A stretch of 64,000 bases of DNA from an uncultured Verrucomicrobiae bacterium (GTDB lineage: Bacteria > Verrucomicrobiota > Verrucomicrobiia > Chthoniobacterales > UBA10450): positions 864,001-928,000 of the forward strand of contig CAVTMK010000002.1 of assembly GCA_963735805.1 (NCBI GenBank), given 5' to 3'. The position numbers were made by a program, and so were the translations under genes. Every line of letters starts with the position of its first letter. Within the stretch, counting starts at the first letter, position 1. Of the stretch, positions 50,544 to 61,627 are shown piece by piece. Under the pieces are notes generated by a model. That model ran no database searches. It had not been told where the DNA came from and saw only the letters and a program-made list of their open reading frames with translations.

Positions 50544-51620
50544 TTACAGCTCAGACGCGCGCAGCGAACTATCAGTAACCGACGGATGCTCGGCGATCCG
50601 CGGTCCGCGGTTCAGTTCGTGCAAAATTTTCTCCAGAAAATCGGCGACGTGTTCGGCAATGATTGCTTCGGCAGACGCTATCTGCTGTCGTCGCACTGCA
50701 AGCGATTGCTCCGCGACAGATTGCAAAGCATCGATGTCATAAAGGTACACGCCTTCCATTTCGTTCACAGTTGTGTCGACATCGCGCGGAACGGCGATAT
50801 CGATGATGAAAAGTGGACGATCGAGGCGATCGGCCAACATCGGGCCGAGATTTGTCGGGGTCAGTAACGGAGATTCCGAAGAGGTCGATGTAATCAGGAT
50901 ATCGATCTCGCGGCATTGCTGCGGCCACTCATCGAAGCGAACGGCCCGGCCACCTACGCGTTGCGCCAGCTCATGGGCGCGATCATTTGAGCGATTGCTC
51001 ACCCGCAGATCAGTCACACCCCGGGAAATGAGAGCGCGTGCCGTGCGCTCGCTGGTTTCACCAGCTCCCAGAACCAAGACTTTGCAATTGCCAAGGTCGC
51101 CGAAAATTTTCTGCGCGAGATCAACCGCGACGGAACCGACCGATACGGATCCGCGCGTAATTTCGGTGTGCGTGCGAACTTGTTTGGCAACGCGAAACGC
51201 CCGCTGAAAGAGACGGTGCAGGCAGGGACCAACCGCGCCCGATGCTCGCGCAGATTGGTAAGCTTTCTTTGTCTGTCCGAGAACTTCTGTTTCGCCCACC
51301 ACCATCGAATCGAGTCCGGAAGCGACCCGAAATAGATGTTGGACGCACTTTTCAGCTTCGTAACGATAAAATGGTAGCGCCGTGCCATGCTCGATGTCGC
51401 CAGCACCAGGCTTTTGCAATAAACACTGAGCAATTTCATCCGTCGAAACACGCTTTTCTGAGGCGCCATAGACTTCTACACGGTTACAGGTCGCGAGTAC
51501 CAATGCCTCCGCACAACCAACCGTGCGAAGTGTAGATTCAACTCCCGCGCTGCCAGCGAAACGTTCGCGCGTCTCCACGTTCGCTGTGTGATGACTGAGG
51601 CCGACGCAGAAGAGATTCAT
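50544..51620 (-). CDS. hemA: Glutamyl-tRNA reductase
   Basis: TCNRVEVY, HLFRVASGLDSMVVGE, VLGAGE, DIAVPRD. Confidence 0.96.
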   Translation of the reverse strand: MNLFCVGLSHHTANVETRERFAGSAGVESTLRTVGCAEALVLATCNRVEVYGASEKRVSTDEIAQCLLQKPGAGDIEHGTALPFYRYEAEKCVQHLFRVASGLDSMVVGETEVLGQTKKAYQSARASGAVGPCLHRLFQRAFRVAKQVRTHTEITRGSVSVGSVAVDLAQKIFGDLGNCKVLVLGAGETSERTARALISRGVTDLRVSNRSNDRAHELAQRVGGRAVRFDEWPQQCREIDILITSTSSESPLLTPTNLGPMLADRLDRPLFIIDIAVPRDVDTTVNEMEGVYLYDIDALQSVAEQSLAVRRQQIASAEAIIAEHVADFLEKILHELNRGPRIAEHPSVTDSSLRASEL

Positions 51621-52414
51621 GGGACAGAGTGGGTTTGCGCCGAGAAAGTGATTCCCCAGAGAAGTGTCAGTGCCACGCTAAATCCGACAATACAAAGGGC
51701 CGCAATTTGCTTTGGCGCGATGCGCCGGAGATGTCGGCTTTGCAAAATAGCCGCGTAAAGCACCCAAACGCCAATGGCGGCCACCACTTGCACCCGTGGT
51801 AAGGGTCGGCCCGTAAAAAAGCCACTGGCTATCCCGATTGTATAAAGAATGAAGCCCCACCAAAGCAGATGTGTGATCGCCGCAAAGAGATCAGTCAGTG
51901 GCGGCAGGTGGTAAAAGATTGAGTGCAAGTGATGGGTCTTGAGCTGGCGCTCCTGGACGAGGTACATCACTCCGGCGATGCAGGCGAGCGCGAACGCGCC
52001 ATAGGCGATTAGCGAAATCGATGCGTGAAATTCCAGCCAGGAATTTGGGGGCATCTTGACTGCGTGACGAACATCAATTGGCGCAATCAATGCAAAGCCT
52101 TGTAGCAAAACCACCAGCGGGGCAGTAAACGCACCCATGAGCGACAGGCGGTAGGCTGGACCAACCAGTATGTAGATCAATGCTACCGACCAGGCTAAAA
52201 AGACAAAGACCTCAAACAGGTTTGTCAGCGGACACCGTCCCAAGGCATGGCCGCGGATATACAAAAACGCGGTTTGAAAAACAAAACCCAGGCCAATCGC
52301 CAGGAAATTAAGCCTTCCCGGCCGAAAGAGTCCGGCGCGCAAAGCAAGGACCGTGCGCACGACTGCCGCAAGAAAACAGATCGTCGAAATGATGAGAAGA
52401 TCTCGATCCACCAA
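51617..52414 (-). CDS. Cytochrome c assembly protein (CcsA/HemX-like)
   Basis: About 8 TM helices, CPLTNLFE, WLEFH, MYLVQERQLK..LPPL; coupled to hemA. Confidence 0.85.
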   Translation of the reverse strand: MVDRDLLIISTICFLAAVVRTVLALRAGLFRPGRLNFLAIGLGFVFQTAFLYIRGHALGRCPLTNLFEVFVFLAWSVALIYILVGPAYRLSLMGAFTAPLVVLLQGFALIAPIDVRHAVKMPPNSWLEFHASISLIAYGAFALACIAGVMYLVQERQLKTHHLHSIFYHLPPLTDLFAAITHLLWWGFILYTIGIASGFFTGRPLPRVQVVAAIGVWVLYAAILQSRHLRRIAPKQIAALCIVGFSVALTLLWGITFSAQTHSVP

Positions 52415-52509
52415 CGCCTATTCTAGAGTCGCTCGCGCTCATGGCAAAGCACCTTGTATTGCGTTAGCCGCCATTGACGTTTGCCTGCAGACCGCTAGCG
52501 TCGCGGCCA

Positions 52510-53040
52510 ATGGCTTCCAACCTGGCCGAGAAATTGCGTGCGAGCGTGCGCGACGTTCCCGATTTTCCGAAAAAGGGCATCATATTCAAGGATATCACGC
52601 CGATCCTGAGCGATCCGGTGCTGTTTCATGCATCAATCGATCTCTTTTTGGAGCGCTGCCGCGGAACGAAGATCGACAAAATCGTTGGGATCGACGCGCG
52701 CGGATTTCTCTTTGGGTCGGCGGTAGCCTATGAACTCGGTGTCGGCTTCGTTCCGATCCGGAAGCGTGGCAAGCTCCCTTTTCAGACTGAGATCGCCAGC
52801 TACTCGCTTGAGTACGGCGAAGCGGAAATGGAAATGCATGTCGACGCCATTACACCGGGCGAACGAATTGTGCTGATAGATGATCTACTGGCGACTGGCG
52901 GCACGTCTGCCGCCGCGGCTGTCCTCGTTCGCAAAGCCGGGGGAAACTTGCTCGAAGCACAGTTTTTGATCGAGCTGGGTTTCCTTCATGGCCGCAGGAA
53001 ACTTGAGCCGACACCCGTGACTTCATTCTTTAAATACTGA
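52510..53040 (+). CDS. apt: Adenine phosphoribosyltransferase
   Basis: PDFPKKGIIFKDITP, RKRGKLP, YSLEYG, LIDDLLATGGT. Confidence 0.96.
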   Translation: MASNLAEKLRASVRDVPDFPKKGIIFKDITPILSDPVLFHASIDLFLERCRGTKIDKIVGIDARGFLFGSAVAYELGVGFVPIRKRGKLPFQTEIASYSLEYGEAEMEMHVDAITPGERIVLIDDLLATGGTSAAAAVLVRKAGGNLLEAQFLIELGFLHGRRKLEPTPVTSFFKY

Positions 53041-53173
53041 AGTTCGGAGGCCATAAGGTCTTTTTCATTAGGTAAAGCAGGGGAGGGTCATTCGCGGATT
53101 CTTCGTTCTACATCTGAGATCGATTTGGATTTTGAAGAACCAATTTTAGATTGAATAGCCATCCGAATTAGTA

Positions 53174-55950
53174 ATGAGGACGTCCCGTCATTTGGAACAA
53201 GTTCTGACGCACGCAGCCAAACGCCTCGCGGCCACTGGAGCCAGGCGTCCAACCGAAGTCCTCCCGCTCTACAAGAAGTTTCTTAAGGTCGAGGAGCATC
53301 GGTTGCGTTTGAAACACCAGGCTGGCGGGGGCGGTCGCGAAATTTGCGCCCAGCGTGCAGAGCTGGTTGATGTCTTGTTGCAATACGTTTTCGGCGCTGC
53401 CACATCGGCTGGTGGTGGCGGCGCCGGCGCCGTCAAAGTTCCTCTGGCATTGATTGCTCTTGGCGGATATGGGCGGGGTGAGCTCAATCCCTTTAGTGAT
53501 ATCGATGTGATGCTACTGCATAAAGGGAGGAAGCAGATTTCGCCCCAGTTAGAGGAAATGGTAGAACAGGTCCTCTATCTTCTTTGGGATAGCGGTTTCA
53601 AGGTTGGACACTCCACCCGTTCGATCAAAGAGGCGATTGCCGCAGGCCAATCGTGATATGCGCACAAAGACCGCCATGCTGGAGTCGCGGTTCCTCGCAG
53701 GGGATGCAGAACTGGGCCGGGAATTTCGACGTCAGTTTCGTTCGAAGTGCGTCAGGGGATACGAACGTGAATATGTCGAAATGCGCATGCAGGATCAGGT
53801 CGCGCGACATAAGAAATTCGGCGACAGCGTTTATCTGCAGGAACCAAATCTAAAGAGTGGCTGCGGCGGTCTGCGCGATTATCAAAATCTTCTTTGGATG
53901 ACGTACTTTAAAGAGGGTTCACTGAGCACTAATCAGTTGGTCGGTAAAGACTGGTTAAGCGAAAGCGACCAGCGCCGGATCGAAAAGGCCTACGATTTTC
54001 TCCTGCGGTTGCGCACGGCCTTGCATTACGCCACGGAACGCGCCACCGATATACTTCATACTAATTTGCAGGAACAGATCGCGAAACGGCTCGATTATTC
54101 TTCCACGAACGGCCAGCTCCGCAGTGAGACATTGATGCGGGACTATTACGAGCACACGCGAAACATCTTCCGGGTCACGGAACGCATTACCGAGCAATTT
54201 GTAAGCGGGCATGTCACGAGCAAGACCCGTTCGCTCTTCAGTTTTCTTCCGCTGATGCGAGCGGACAAAACTCCCGTTGGAGATTTTTTCTTTGTTCGCA
54301 ACAAACACTTGCATCCGGCGCGTCGCGATCTTTTTCGCAAAGACCCCGAGCAAATGATGCGGGCATTTCAATTTGCGCAGGAACAGCTCTTGGACCTGAG
54401 CCCGGAATTGGAGGATCTGTTGAGCAGAAGCCTCGGCCAGGTTACCCGTACGTATCAATATGCGCGCGGACCGCGGGCGATCTTTAAATCGATTCTGTCA
54501 CAAAAAGGGAGAGTAGGTCGTATCCTCCGGATGATGCATCGGGTCGATTTTCTGGGACGATACATTCCCGAATTCGGCCAGCTTACCTGCCTGGTGCAGC
54601 ATGAGTTTCTCCATCGTTACACGGCTGACGAACACACACTGGTGTGCATTGACAAGCTTGATGCCCTGGCACAGACCAATGATCCGAAGTTGATCTCTTA
54701 TCGCAAAATATTTGAGCAATTGGAGGACCCGTTCGTTCTCTATCTTGCGCTTCTCTTGCACGATAGCGGTAAAGCGGTTGGCGCCAGGCCACATTCCGAA
54801 GCGAGTGCGCTCTTCGCTCAGCGCGTCGCTGCGCGTCTGCAGTTGTCATCTGAGCAGCGCAAGTCGCTGATCCTGCTGGTCGATCATCACCTCACGCTTT
54901 CCAAAATCGCGCAGCAAAGAAATCTTGATGACCCCGCCACTGTCACGGATTTCGCCCACATCGTGAAGCATCAGAAAAACCTAAATGCACTGATGCTGTT
55001 AACACTGGCGGATGGCCAGGGTACAAGCGCGGAGGCATGGTCGGATTGGAAAGAATCTCTGGTATGGGAATTATTTCACGAGACTTCTCGCTTCCTGGCG
55101 GACCAAAAATCTTATTACGAACAAACAAAGGTCGAGCGTGAAAGCTTGCAGGCCTCTGTGACCGCGAAGCTTTCCGCAGATTTTGCCGAGGAAATCGAAG
55201 CGCATTTTGAGTTCATGCCCGACAATTATTTTCGCGCCAGCGACGTCCCCGACATTGTTGAACATCTGAAATTGTTCCGCTCGTTTCTCGAAAATGTTTC
55301 CAGCGAAGGAGATTTTCCGCTGGCTCCGGCTATCAAATGGAAAGCACTTCCGGAGCAGGGGCACAGCGTTGTCACATTCTGTACGTGGGAACGCGAAAGA
55401 TTATTGGCAAAAGTGGCCGGCTCATTTTCCGTTGTACCGTTAAATATTCTGAGCGCTGATATTTTCCTGCGCGGCGACAATGTCATGCTGGGTGTTTTTC
55501 GCGTGTGCGAGACAAACGCGCGCCCCGTGACTCACCAGCGAGATTTCGCGCTGGTAGAGCAAACATTGCGTCGAGCGCTCGAAGACGAGAGCTTCGATTT
55601 CCTTCCGCTAATCGAAAAGGCAAAGCGCCAGAGCGATCATCTTGCGCCAGGGATTGAATTTCCGATGCGGATTGCCATCGATAACAAAACGCATCCGATC
55701 TATACGCTTATTGAGATTCAAGCACCAGACCGATTGGGCTTGCTTTACGACGTCCTGACGCTGTCTTGATCGCGAAAATCTTCAGGTCACGTTGTCTCGC
55801 ATCAACACGCAGGCGGGCGCAGCCATCGATACTCTGTATGTCGTGGATCGCTTCACACGTACCAAGATTACCGATCCGCATCGTATCGGGGAGATCCAGC
55901 ACCGTCTTCAAAACGCAATTTTGAGTGGAGGCGTTCCAAAAACGAAGTAG
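53174..55950 (+). CDS. glnD: [Protein-PII] uridylyltransferase, interrupted by two 1-nt insertions (~53642 and ~55761)
   Basis: ALGGYGRGELNPFSDID, EPNLKSGCGGLRD, HRYTADEH/LHD HD domain, ACT domains; the third frame DRENLQV..GGVPKTK* ends at 55950. Confidence 0.9.
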
Positions 55951-55984
55951 TAAAAGCAGCACCCAGCTCTGCTTTCCCGATTTT

Positions 55985-56743
55985 ATGAATGTTTTGATTC
56001 TGGCGGCCGGATACGCAACACGCCTTTATCCATTGACGCTCAACAAGGCGAAGCCATTGCTGGTCGTCGGCGGCAAAGCCGATTATCGAATGGGCTGGTG
56101 GATAATCTTGAAGGCAGTTCCGGATCTGGAAACGATTTATGTAGTGACGAACGACAAATTCGCCCCGGACTTTCAGACTTGGAGCGAGCGGTATCATAAT
56201 CGACATCCGCAATTCAAATTCAAGATCGTCAACGATGGTTCCAAGAGCGACGAAGACAAGCTGGGCGCAATTGGAGACATCAATTTTGTTGTCACGGGAG
56301 AGAACCTGGCGCAAAGCAGCTTGCTAATTGTCGCCGGCGACAACCTGTTTACCGAATCGCTCAGGCGGATTTGTGGCGTGCGCTAATGGAACCGAAGCGA
56401 CGGTTGGCGGTCTTTGATGTCGGGGATCCTGAAGCGATCAAAAAATACGGCAACGTTGCTAATCAATGACGATGGAATCATCACGCACTTGGAGGAGAAA
56501 CCACAGAAACCGCGGGGAACACTGGCTGCGATCGCGCTCTACTATTATTCTCCTGCGGTGCTCTCTCTTTTGAGCACGTATCTTGCTGCTGGCAATAATG
56601 CGGATCAGCCCGGCCGTTTTGTGCAGTGGCTCTACACGCGTAAACCGGTGAAGACGTTCCAGATCAAGGGAAAATGGCTCGATATCGGAAGCAAGGAGAC
56701 GCTCGAGAATGCCGACGATTCAGATCGCCTTGACGAAGCGTAG
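55985..56743 (+). CDS. Sugar-phosphate nucleotidyltransferase family protein (several frameshifts)
   Basis: ILAAGYATRLYPLT..KPLL, IVAGDNLF, EEKP, WLDIGS. Confidence 0.85.
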
Positions 56744-56768
56744 ATCACGATAGCGCTTAACGAAGCCG

Positions 56769-57191
56769 TTACTTCAATCCGTCCTTCGTCAAACTCAATC
56801 AAATCGAAATAAGTCCGAATATCTTTGCGCCCTTCGCCGCCGGCCTCCTTCAGGAAATGGAGAAACCGCGCCTTTTTTGCGGCCGTGTCGGGATGCCGCG
56901 AAATCATCGCCTGATTCCATTGTTCAATCGCTTCGGAGCGAATGTTGGGCTCCGTTTTTCTGCACCCACCTTAGAATTGCTTTATCCTCGTCCAACCGGT
57001 TGGCCATTTCCTCAAAGGCGTCGCCGTCGATTTTCAGAAACGCGAGCAAGATGCTTGTCGAATCCGACGGTCTTATAGTTGTAGCCGTCGAGCAGTCCTT
57101 TCCGATGCAGCCTGGCTTTGTCGATCAAGCGCGGCAGATGCACGTAGCCGCCGAGTTTCTCGTAAGGACTGCGTGGATGCAGTCTTTGCAT
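56769..57191 (-). CDS. DUF5069-like protein (frameshifted; 3' end approximate)
   Basis: PRSPYEKLGGYVHLPRLIDKAR ... TYFDLIEFDEGR spread over several frames. Confidence 0.7.
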
Positions 57192-57204
57192 GGAAGGGAT
57201 CGTA

Positions 57205-58052
57205 TTAAGTCGCAGGTAGCGGCCGCGGGGCGACCCCTGAAAAATCACTCTCCGGAACGCGTGCGACGTCCGGTTTTTGATCCTGCAGCAATTCTCCCTG
57301 TGTAAGGTCGACCCGGCCAATCACAAGCTGACCGGAAAACATACCGCCTTTTTCAACGTGATCGCCCTCGCTGTCACATCGCCTTCGAGGGCGCCTTTTC
57401 TTTGGATGGTCACGGTTTGCGCAACGATTTCGCCCGACATTCGCCTCTTGATTTCGATGCTTTCCGCGCAAACCCGTCGGAAGCAGTGAATATCAGCTTT
57501 GCGCTCGACGATGACATGCCGTGCGCTGATGCGGCCAGGAATTTTGCCCGCAAAGTTGATCGTCGCGGTGTCGTCGCAGTGCAGATTGCCGCGCAGTCTG
57601 CCTTCTATTAAGGCGGACCGGCAAACCACACTGCTGCTGCCCAGATCGCCTTTGCCTGTCAAATGGACGTCTCCGCGCGTTCGAATGCGTTCGACTGAAA
57701 CCGCTGGTGATTTTGTAGTCGCGCAGATCGATGTGCGCACTGCACGACGGGACAGATCGTCGAAGTGGCAGTGCCACAGACCTGCTGTTTCCGTTTACAA
57801 TCGAAGCACTCGATAACGGAGCTGTGTTGTCGTTTCCAAAAGTCCTCAAATTTGCCGAGAATCGATGAGCTTGGCGGCGGCGGAGGCGCTTCTTCCCGGG
57901 TCCGTAACTTCAGGCCGGGTTTCGGCGCAAACGGCGAAAAATAGCGGCCACACTGGCGACAGATCGAGCTTTTCGCCGCTGCATATTCCATCTGCTTGAA
58001 GCCACAGTGCGGACATTCCAGCACTGACTTTTGCAGGCGACGGACTGGCCAC
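57205..58052 (-). CDS. Zinc-ribbon plus bactofilin (polymer-forming cytoskeletal) fusion (frameshifted)
   Basis: CPHC, CRQC, CFDC and a probable CPSC, then beta-helix repeats (IEGRLRGNL, GALEGDVTARAI, VEKGGMFSGQL). Confidence 0.7.
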
Positions 58053-58078
58053 CGGACGCTAACCCCTAATTCCCTTCC

Positions 58079-58492
58079 TTATCCGCGCCCTCCGAATGCT
58101 GCCTTGATCGGCTCGCTGGATCGCACAACTTCCGGGCGAGCCGGGGCCGACTTCGCGGAAACCATTCCGCTGGTGACTTCGGATTTGCCGATAAAAGTTG
58201 CGCCTTCTTCAATGACAAGACGCGCTGCTTTCAGATCGCCCTGCAATGTGCACTTTGATTTTAGCTCGCAACGCTCGCCCACCGTGATGTTACCCTGCAC
58301 TTTACCATAGACGGTGATCGATTTGGTTTTTATCTCGCCGCGAATATCAGCGTTTTCACCAATCGTCAAGACGCCGTCAGAATTGATTTCCCCTTCGACC
58401 TTCCCGTCGATGAGAAGTTCCTTTTGGAACTTGATCGAGCCTTTGATTTCGACATCGCTCGAGAGAATGTCTTTGCCACCGTGATCTGCCAT
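58079..58492 (-). CDS. Bactofilin (DUF583 polymer-forming cytoskeletal protein)
   Basis: IDGKVEGEI, IGENADIRGEI, VYGKVQGNI, LVIEEGATFIG. Confidence 0.92.
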   Translation of the reverse strand: MADHGGKDILSSDVEIKGSIKFQKELLIDGKVEGEINSDGVLTIGENADIRGEIKTKSITVYGKVQGNITVGERCELKSKCTLQGDLKAARLVIEEGATFIGKSEVTSGMVSAKSAPARPEVVRSSEPIKAAFGGRG

Positions 58493-58662
58493 AGGATTTG
58501 GTTTATTCGATGATTGTTGTTGTTATTGGTTGTTCGCCATTCGCAGGATGATTTTCTTCATCTATCCCCGAATACCGTGGTCTTTCTGGGATCGGCGGCA
58601 TCGGCTTTTGCGGGACGAATCTTTTGAGCATTCGGTAGTATTGTGACAGTCGCCAACGTCTG

Positions 58663-60292
58663 TCAACGAATTCTCGCTTCGAGTGCGCAATTTTTATTAT
58701 CGTCAACACTGCGGTACAGTTTGAACGTGCCATTCTGCTCAGAAAATATCAGGAACGGCGGTGCGTGGGCTGGCGTTCTATCCAGGACGCGGCACATCGA
58801 AGGTTCGGGCGCTGACTGATTCAGAACGGCTTCGGAATTTTGCAGCCACACGTTCGAAATCGTACGCAATAACCCATGCCACTTGATGATTTTCCAGAAT
58901 TTGGCGGGCTTTCCGCCAATCTTCGGAGAGGAAAAATCGCGCGCTGTCAGCGATGCCGTTGAGGCTTTCGTGCGAGCTTCCGGCTACCCCCGGCTGCCCG
59001 GACCAGTATGCGATCGACGGTGAAAGCCACCACGGCGCAAGGAACGGACGAGTCTTCGACGATCGCAAACTGATCGCCAGGTCTCGCAATTGCGCTGATT
59101 CATTGCGCCGTTCGGCACGTTCCGCCAGTTGCGCTTCGTTTGGCCAAAGCCTTTCATCCCAGTCCCGCAGAATGGGGAACAGTCGACAACACAAACGCGA
59201 TCCAAACTGCTGTCGGTGGTTTGATCTGCTCGAGCAAACGCGGAAGCGCTAGAGCAAAGATCAAGACGAAGAAGTAGCCCCACCGCGCCTGCCAAACCGT
59301 GAGCGCGTAGGTTGCAACCAGAAGCACCAGAACAAATGTTGGAATCGTTTCCCTGCTTTTGTGCCTTGTCTTGATCACGCTGATCCAAATTAGGAACGGC
59401 GTCACGAGAAGTAGATAACCGGTCCACCGCAACCAAATTGGATTGGCTGGTGAGACATGCGCCAGTTCGCCAATCGTTCGCGTCCAGTTTTGGAACAGCG
59501 GGTTGGAATAAAACCCTGAAAATGACGGCACACGTTGCTCGATCAAAAGCGCGATCCCGATGACAAGAACGAAACAAAACCACCCCGCACGACAAGACCT
59601 GGCCGAAATCGCCCGTGGTTTTTCAATCATGTTTACAATCAGCGCAAGCAAAAATAGAACGAGCGACTCATAAGCCGAAGTCCAGATCGCCAATCCCCAA
59701 GCGATTCCACTGATGAGGCTCCATCTCACGAGGTTTGTCGCGGATTCCGCTGCTTCCGCCCGGCTCCATTCAGCGCAGATCGCGATCGTAATCAGCAGCA
59801 ACAACAAGGATTGATGGTCGGGTCTGCCGAGCTCCGTCCCATGAGCGAGAATGGGGCTGATCGCGTACAGAATCAGCATCACCCAGCGATACCGGAGTTT
59901 CAGCGCGACCACCACCAAAGGAACCAGACCCCGAATAGTGCGAGTAATGGCGAAATAAGCGCGCCGGCCAGGTCGATCGCGTGCGCCGTGAATAGTTTTA
60001 GAAAAATCGACAACGCCAGAATGAGATAATCGAACGGAGCAGTTGTATGTGGAGTGGTTCCTGCTGGGAAATTTTCAAAATCGTGATGCCGTAGGATCAG
60101 CCCCGGATGCTGCGAGCACATCCGCACCCGCGTCATCCGGGCGTAACAATCGGCATCGGTGAAATAAACATTCCCAGCGACAAACACGTCCTGGTAATTC
60201 GCGCAGCGTGTGGTCAGGACCAGTACGCTGAGAAGTGCGATTTCAATGATATGAAGGGCCGCGCGAATCACGTCGTCATCCCAAATCCGCAA
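58663..60292 (-). CDS. STT3/AglB/PglB-like GT-C membrane glycosyltransferase (at least 3 frameshifts; ends approximate)
   Basis: Motifs in AglB order: DADCYARM, ENFPAG..PFD, GRPDHQ, TIGE, QARWGYF, APWWLSPSIAYW, FFLSED..ARQIL. Confidence 0.65.
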
Positions 60293-60496
60293 TTCGAAAT
60301 TCGCAATCCGAAATTTTGGTTAATCGCCCGGCTTTCCGGGTTGGTCACCCGTGCCAGACGTGCAATGAACAGGCAAGAGCCGCAGTGCGTTCCCTTCCGA
60401 AGTGGAGATACTATCCAACGTGCGGTTTCAGATTTTCTGCCAGAGCCGCGGGAAATGGACAACGCCAGTTGTGCCCGGAACCGTCGAAGCTGATCC

Positions 60497-61396
60497 TCAC
60501 TTCGAGCTGTCGATGATCTGTTGCGCGTTCTTGATCGCTGATTCGTCCGGCGCTTTGTCTTTCTTCAGGATGTCGATCGCTTTTTGTGCCGAGGCGGTGG
60601 CTTCTTTCTTGTTGCCAAGCTTGGCTTGAATCTGCGCCTTCTTGTAATGCATGAAATAAGCGTCCGGATTCTTCTCGAGCGCTTGATCGATCCACTTTGC
60701 AGCCTGCCTCATGTCCTTGTTGTTATCGTAGTAGAAGGCCGCGGCCTGATAGGCGGTGCGCGGATCGAGCGGAGTGCCTGCGCTGGCGACTGCATCGAGT
60801 TGCTTGCTTACCTGTTCGACATCGTCCGTGGTCAGCTTGACCGGCACGCGCGTTTTATCCCAAAGGAAATTAAGCGTTGCGGAAGCGCCTTTCACATCAG
60901 TTAGCGCGATGGTGAACGTCTCGATTGTGACTGGATTGGGTTCTGGCTTCGCCGTGAGACGCACGGCGTCGTTCTCCTGTTTATAGTCGGCCGCGCTCTG
61001 CACCTTCGCGTCCTTCGAAACGATGATGGTCCACTCGTCCGCTGTCGGAATCGTGAAGAGTGCGTACTCACCGGCCGGGATCTCCTTGCCGCCAAGCGTT
61101 ACCGCTTTGCTAAACTTAATTTTGGTGACCGCGTTGGCACCCGTGCGCCAGAGCTTTCCGTAAGGCACGAGGCCGCCGAAGATCTCGCGGTCGTTCTTGT
61201 TTGGGCGCGAGTAATCTACCTCGACATCAGTCAGCCCGACACGCTGTTTTATCACCGAGTGCTGGCTGGCCGCGGGGAACTCTATTTTCTTCTCCTCTGC
61301 CGCCCAAAGGCTGCCGGGCAGGAGCGATCCCGCGAACAAGGGAAGTGCGAACAAAGCGGAAAGAAGAAGCGAAGGAAGACGTGAGGATTGGATCAT
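60497..61396 (-). CDS. DUF2911 domain protein with signal peptide and C-terminal TPR-like helices
   Basis: QRVGLTDVEVDYSRP..IFGGLVPYGKLWRTGAN..GEYALFTIP. Confidence 0.88.
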   Translation of the reverse strand: MIQSSRLPSLLLSALFALPLFAGSLLPGSLWAAEEKKIEFPAASQHSVIKQRVGLTDVEVDYSRPNKNDREIFGGLVPYGKLWRTGANAVTKIKFSKAVTLGGKEIPAGEYALFTIPTADEWTIIVSKDAKVQSAADYKQENDAVRLTAKPEPNPVTIETFTIALTDVKGASATLNFLWDKTRVPVKLTTDDVEQVSKQLDAVASAGTPLDPRTAYQAAAFYYDNNKDMRQAAKWIDQALEKNPDAYFMHYKKAQIQAKLGNKKEATASAQKAIDILKKDKAPDESAIKNAQQIIDSSK

Positions 61397-61627
61397 AATG
61401 TGCGGGATATATTAGGATGTGATGATTTAAGCGGAGAAGATATCGCGGGACGGCAGGAGTCAAATCGGTTTGCCCGGCCCAGCCTTAGCCTTTCGTCGAA
61501 TGAATATCGCCCTCCGTTCTGAGGATTGGCAATTCCACATCAACGAAACGCGCGAACGCAAGGGCGATTTCAAAGAATCGCAGTTTTTCTCGTATTGTTC
61601 CCGCCCCTTGGCTTAATAAGAAGGGAT

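Noticed and set aside
53174..55950. Programmed frameshifting in glnD
   Set aside because: There are no slippery heptamers at the break points, and neighbouring genes show the same insertion pattern.
61452..61481. GGCAGGAGTCAAATCGGTTTGCCCGGCCCA as a possible degenerate 3' half of the tRNA-Ile fragment
   Set aside because: The T arm does not pair properly and TTC is missing. The reverse strand reads TTGACT, more simply a -35 box for the DUF2911 gene.
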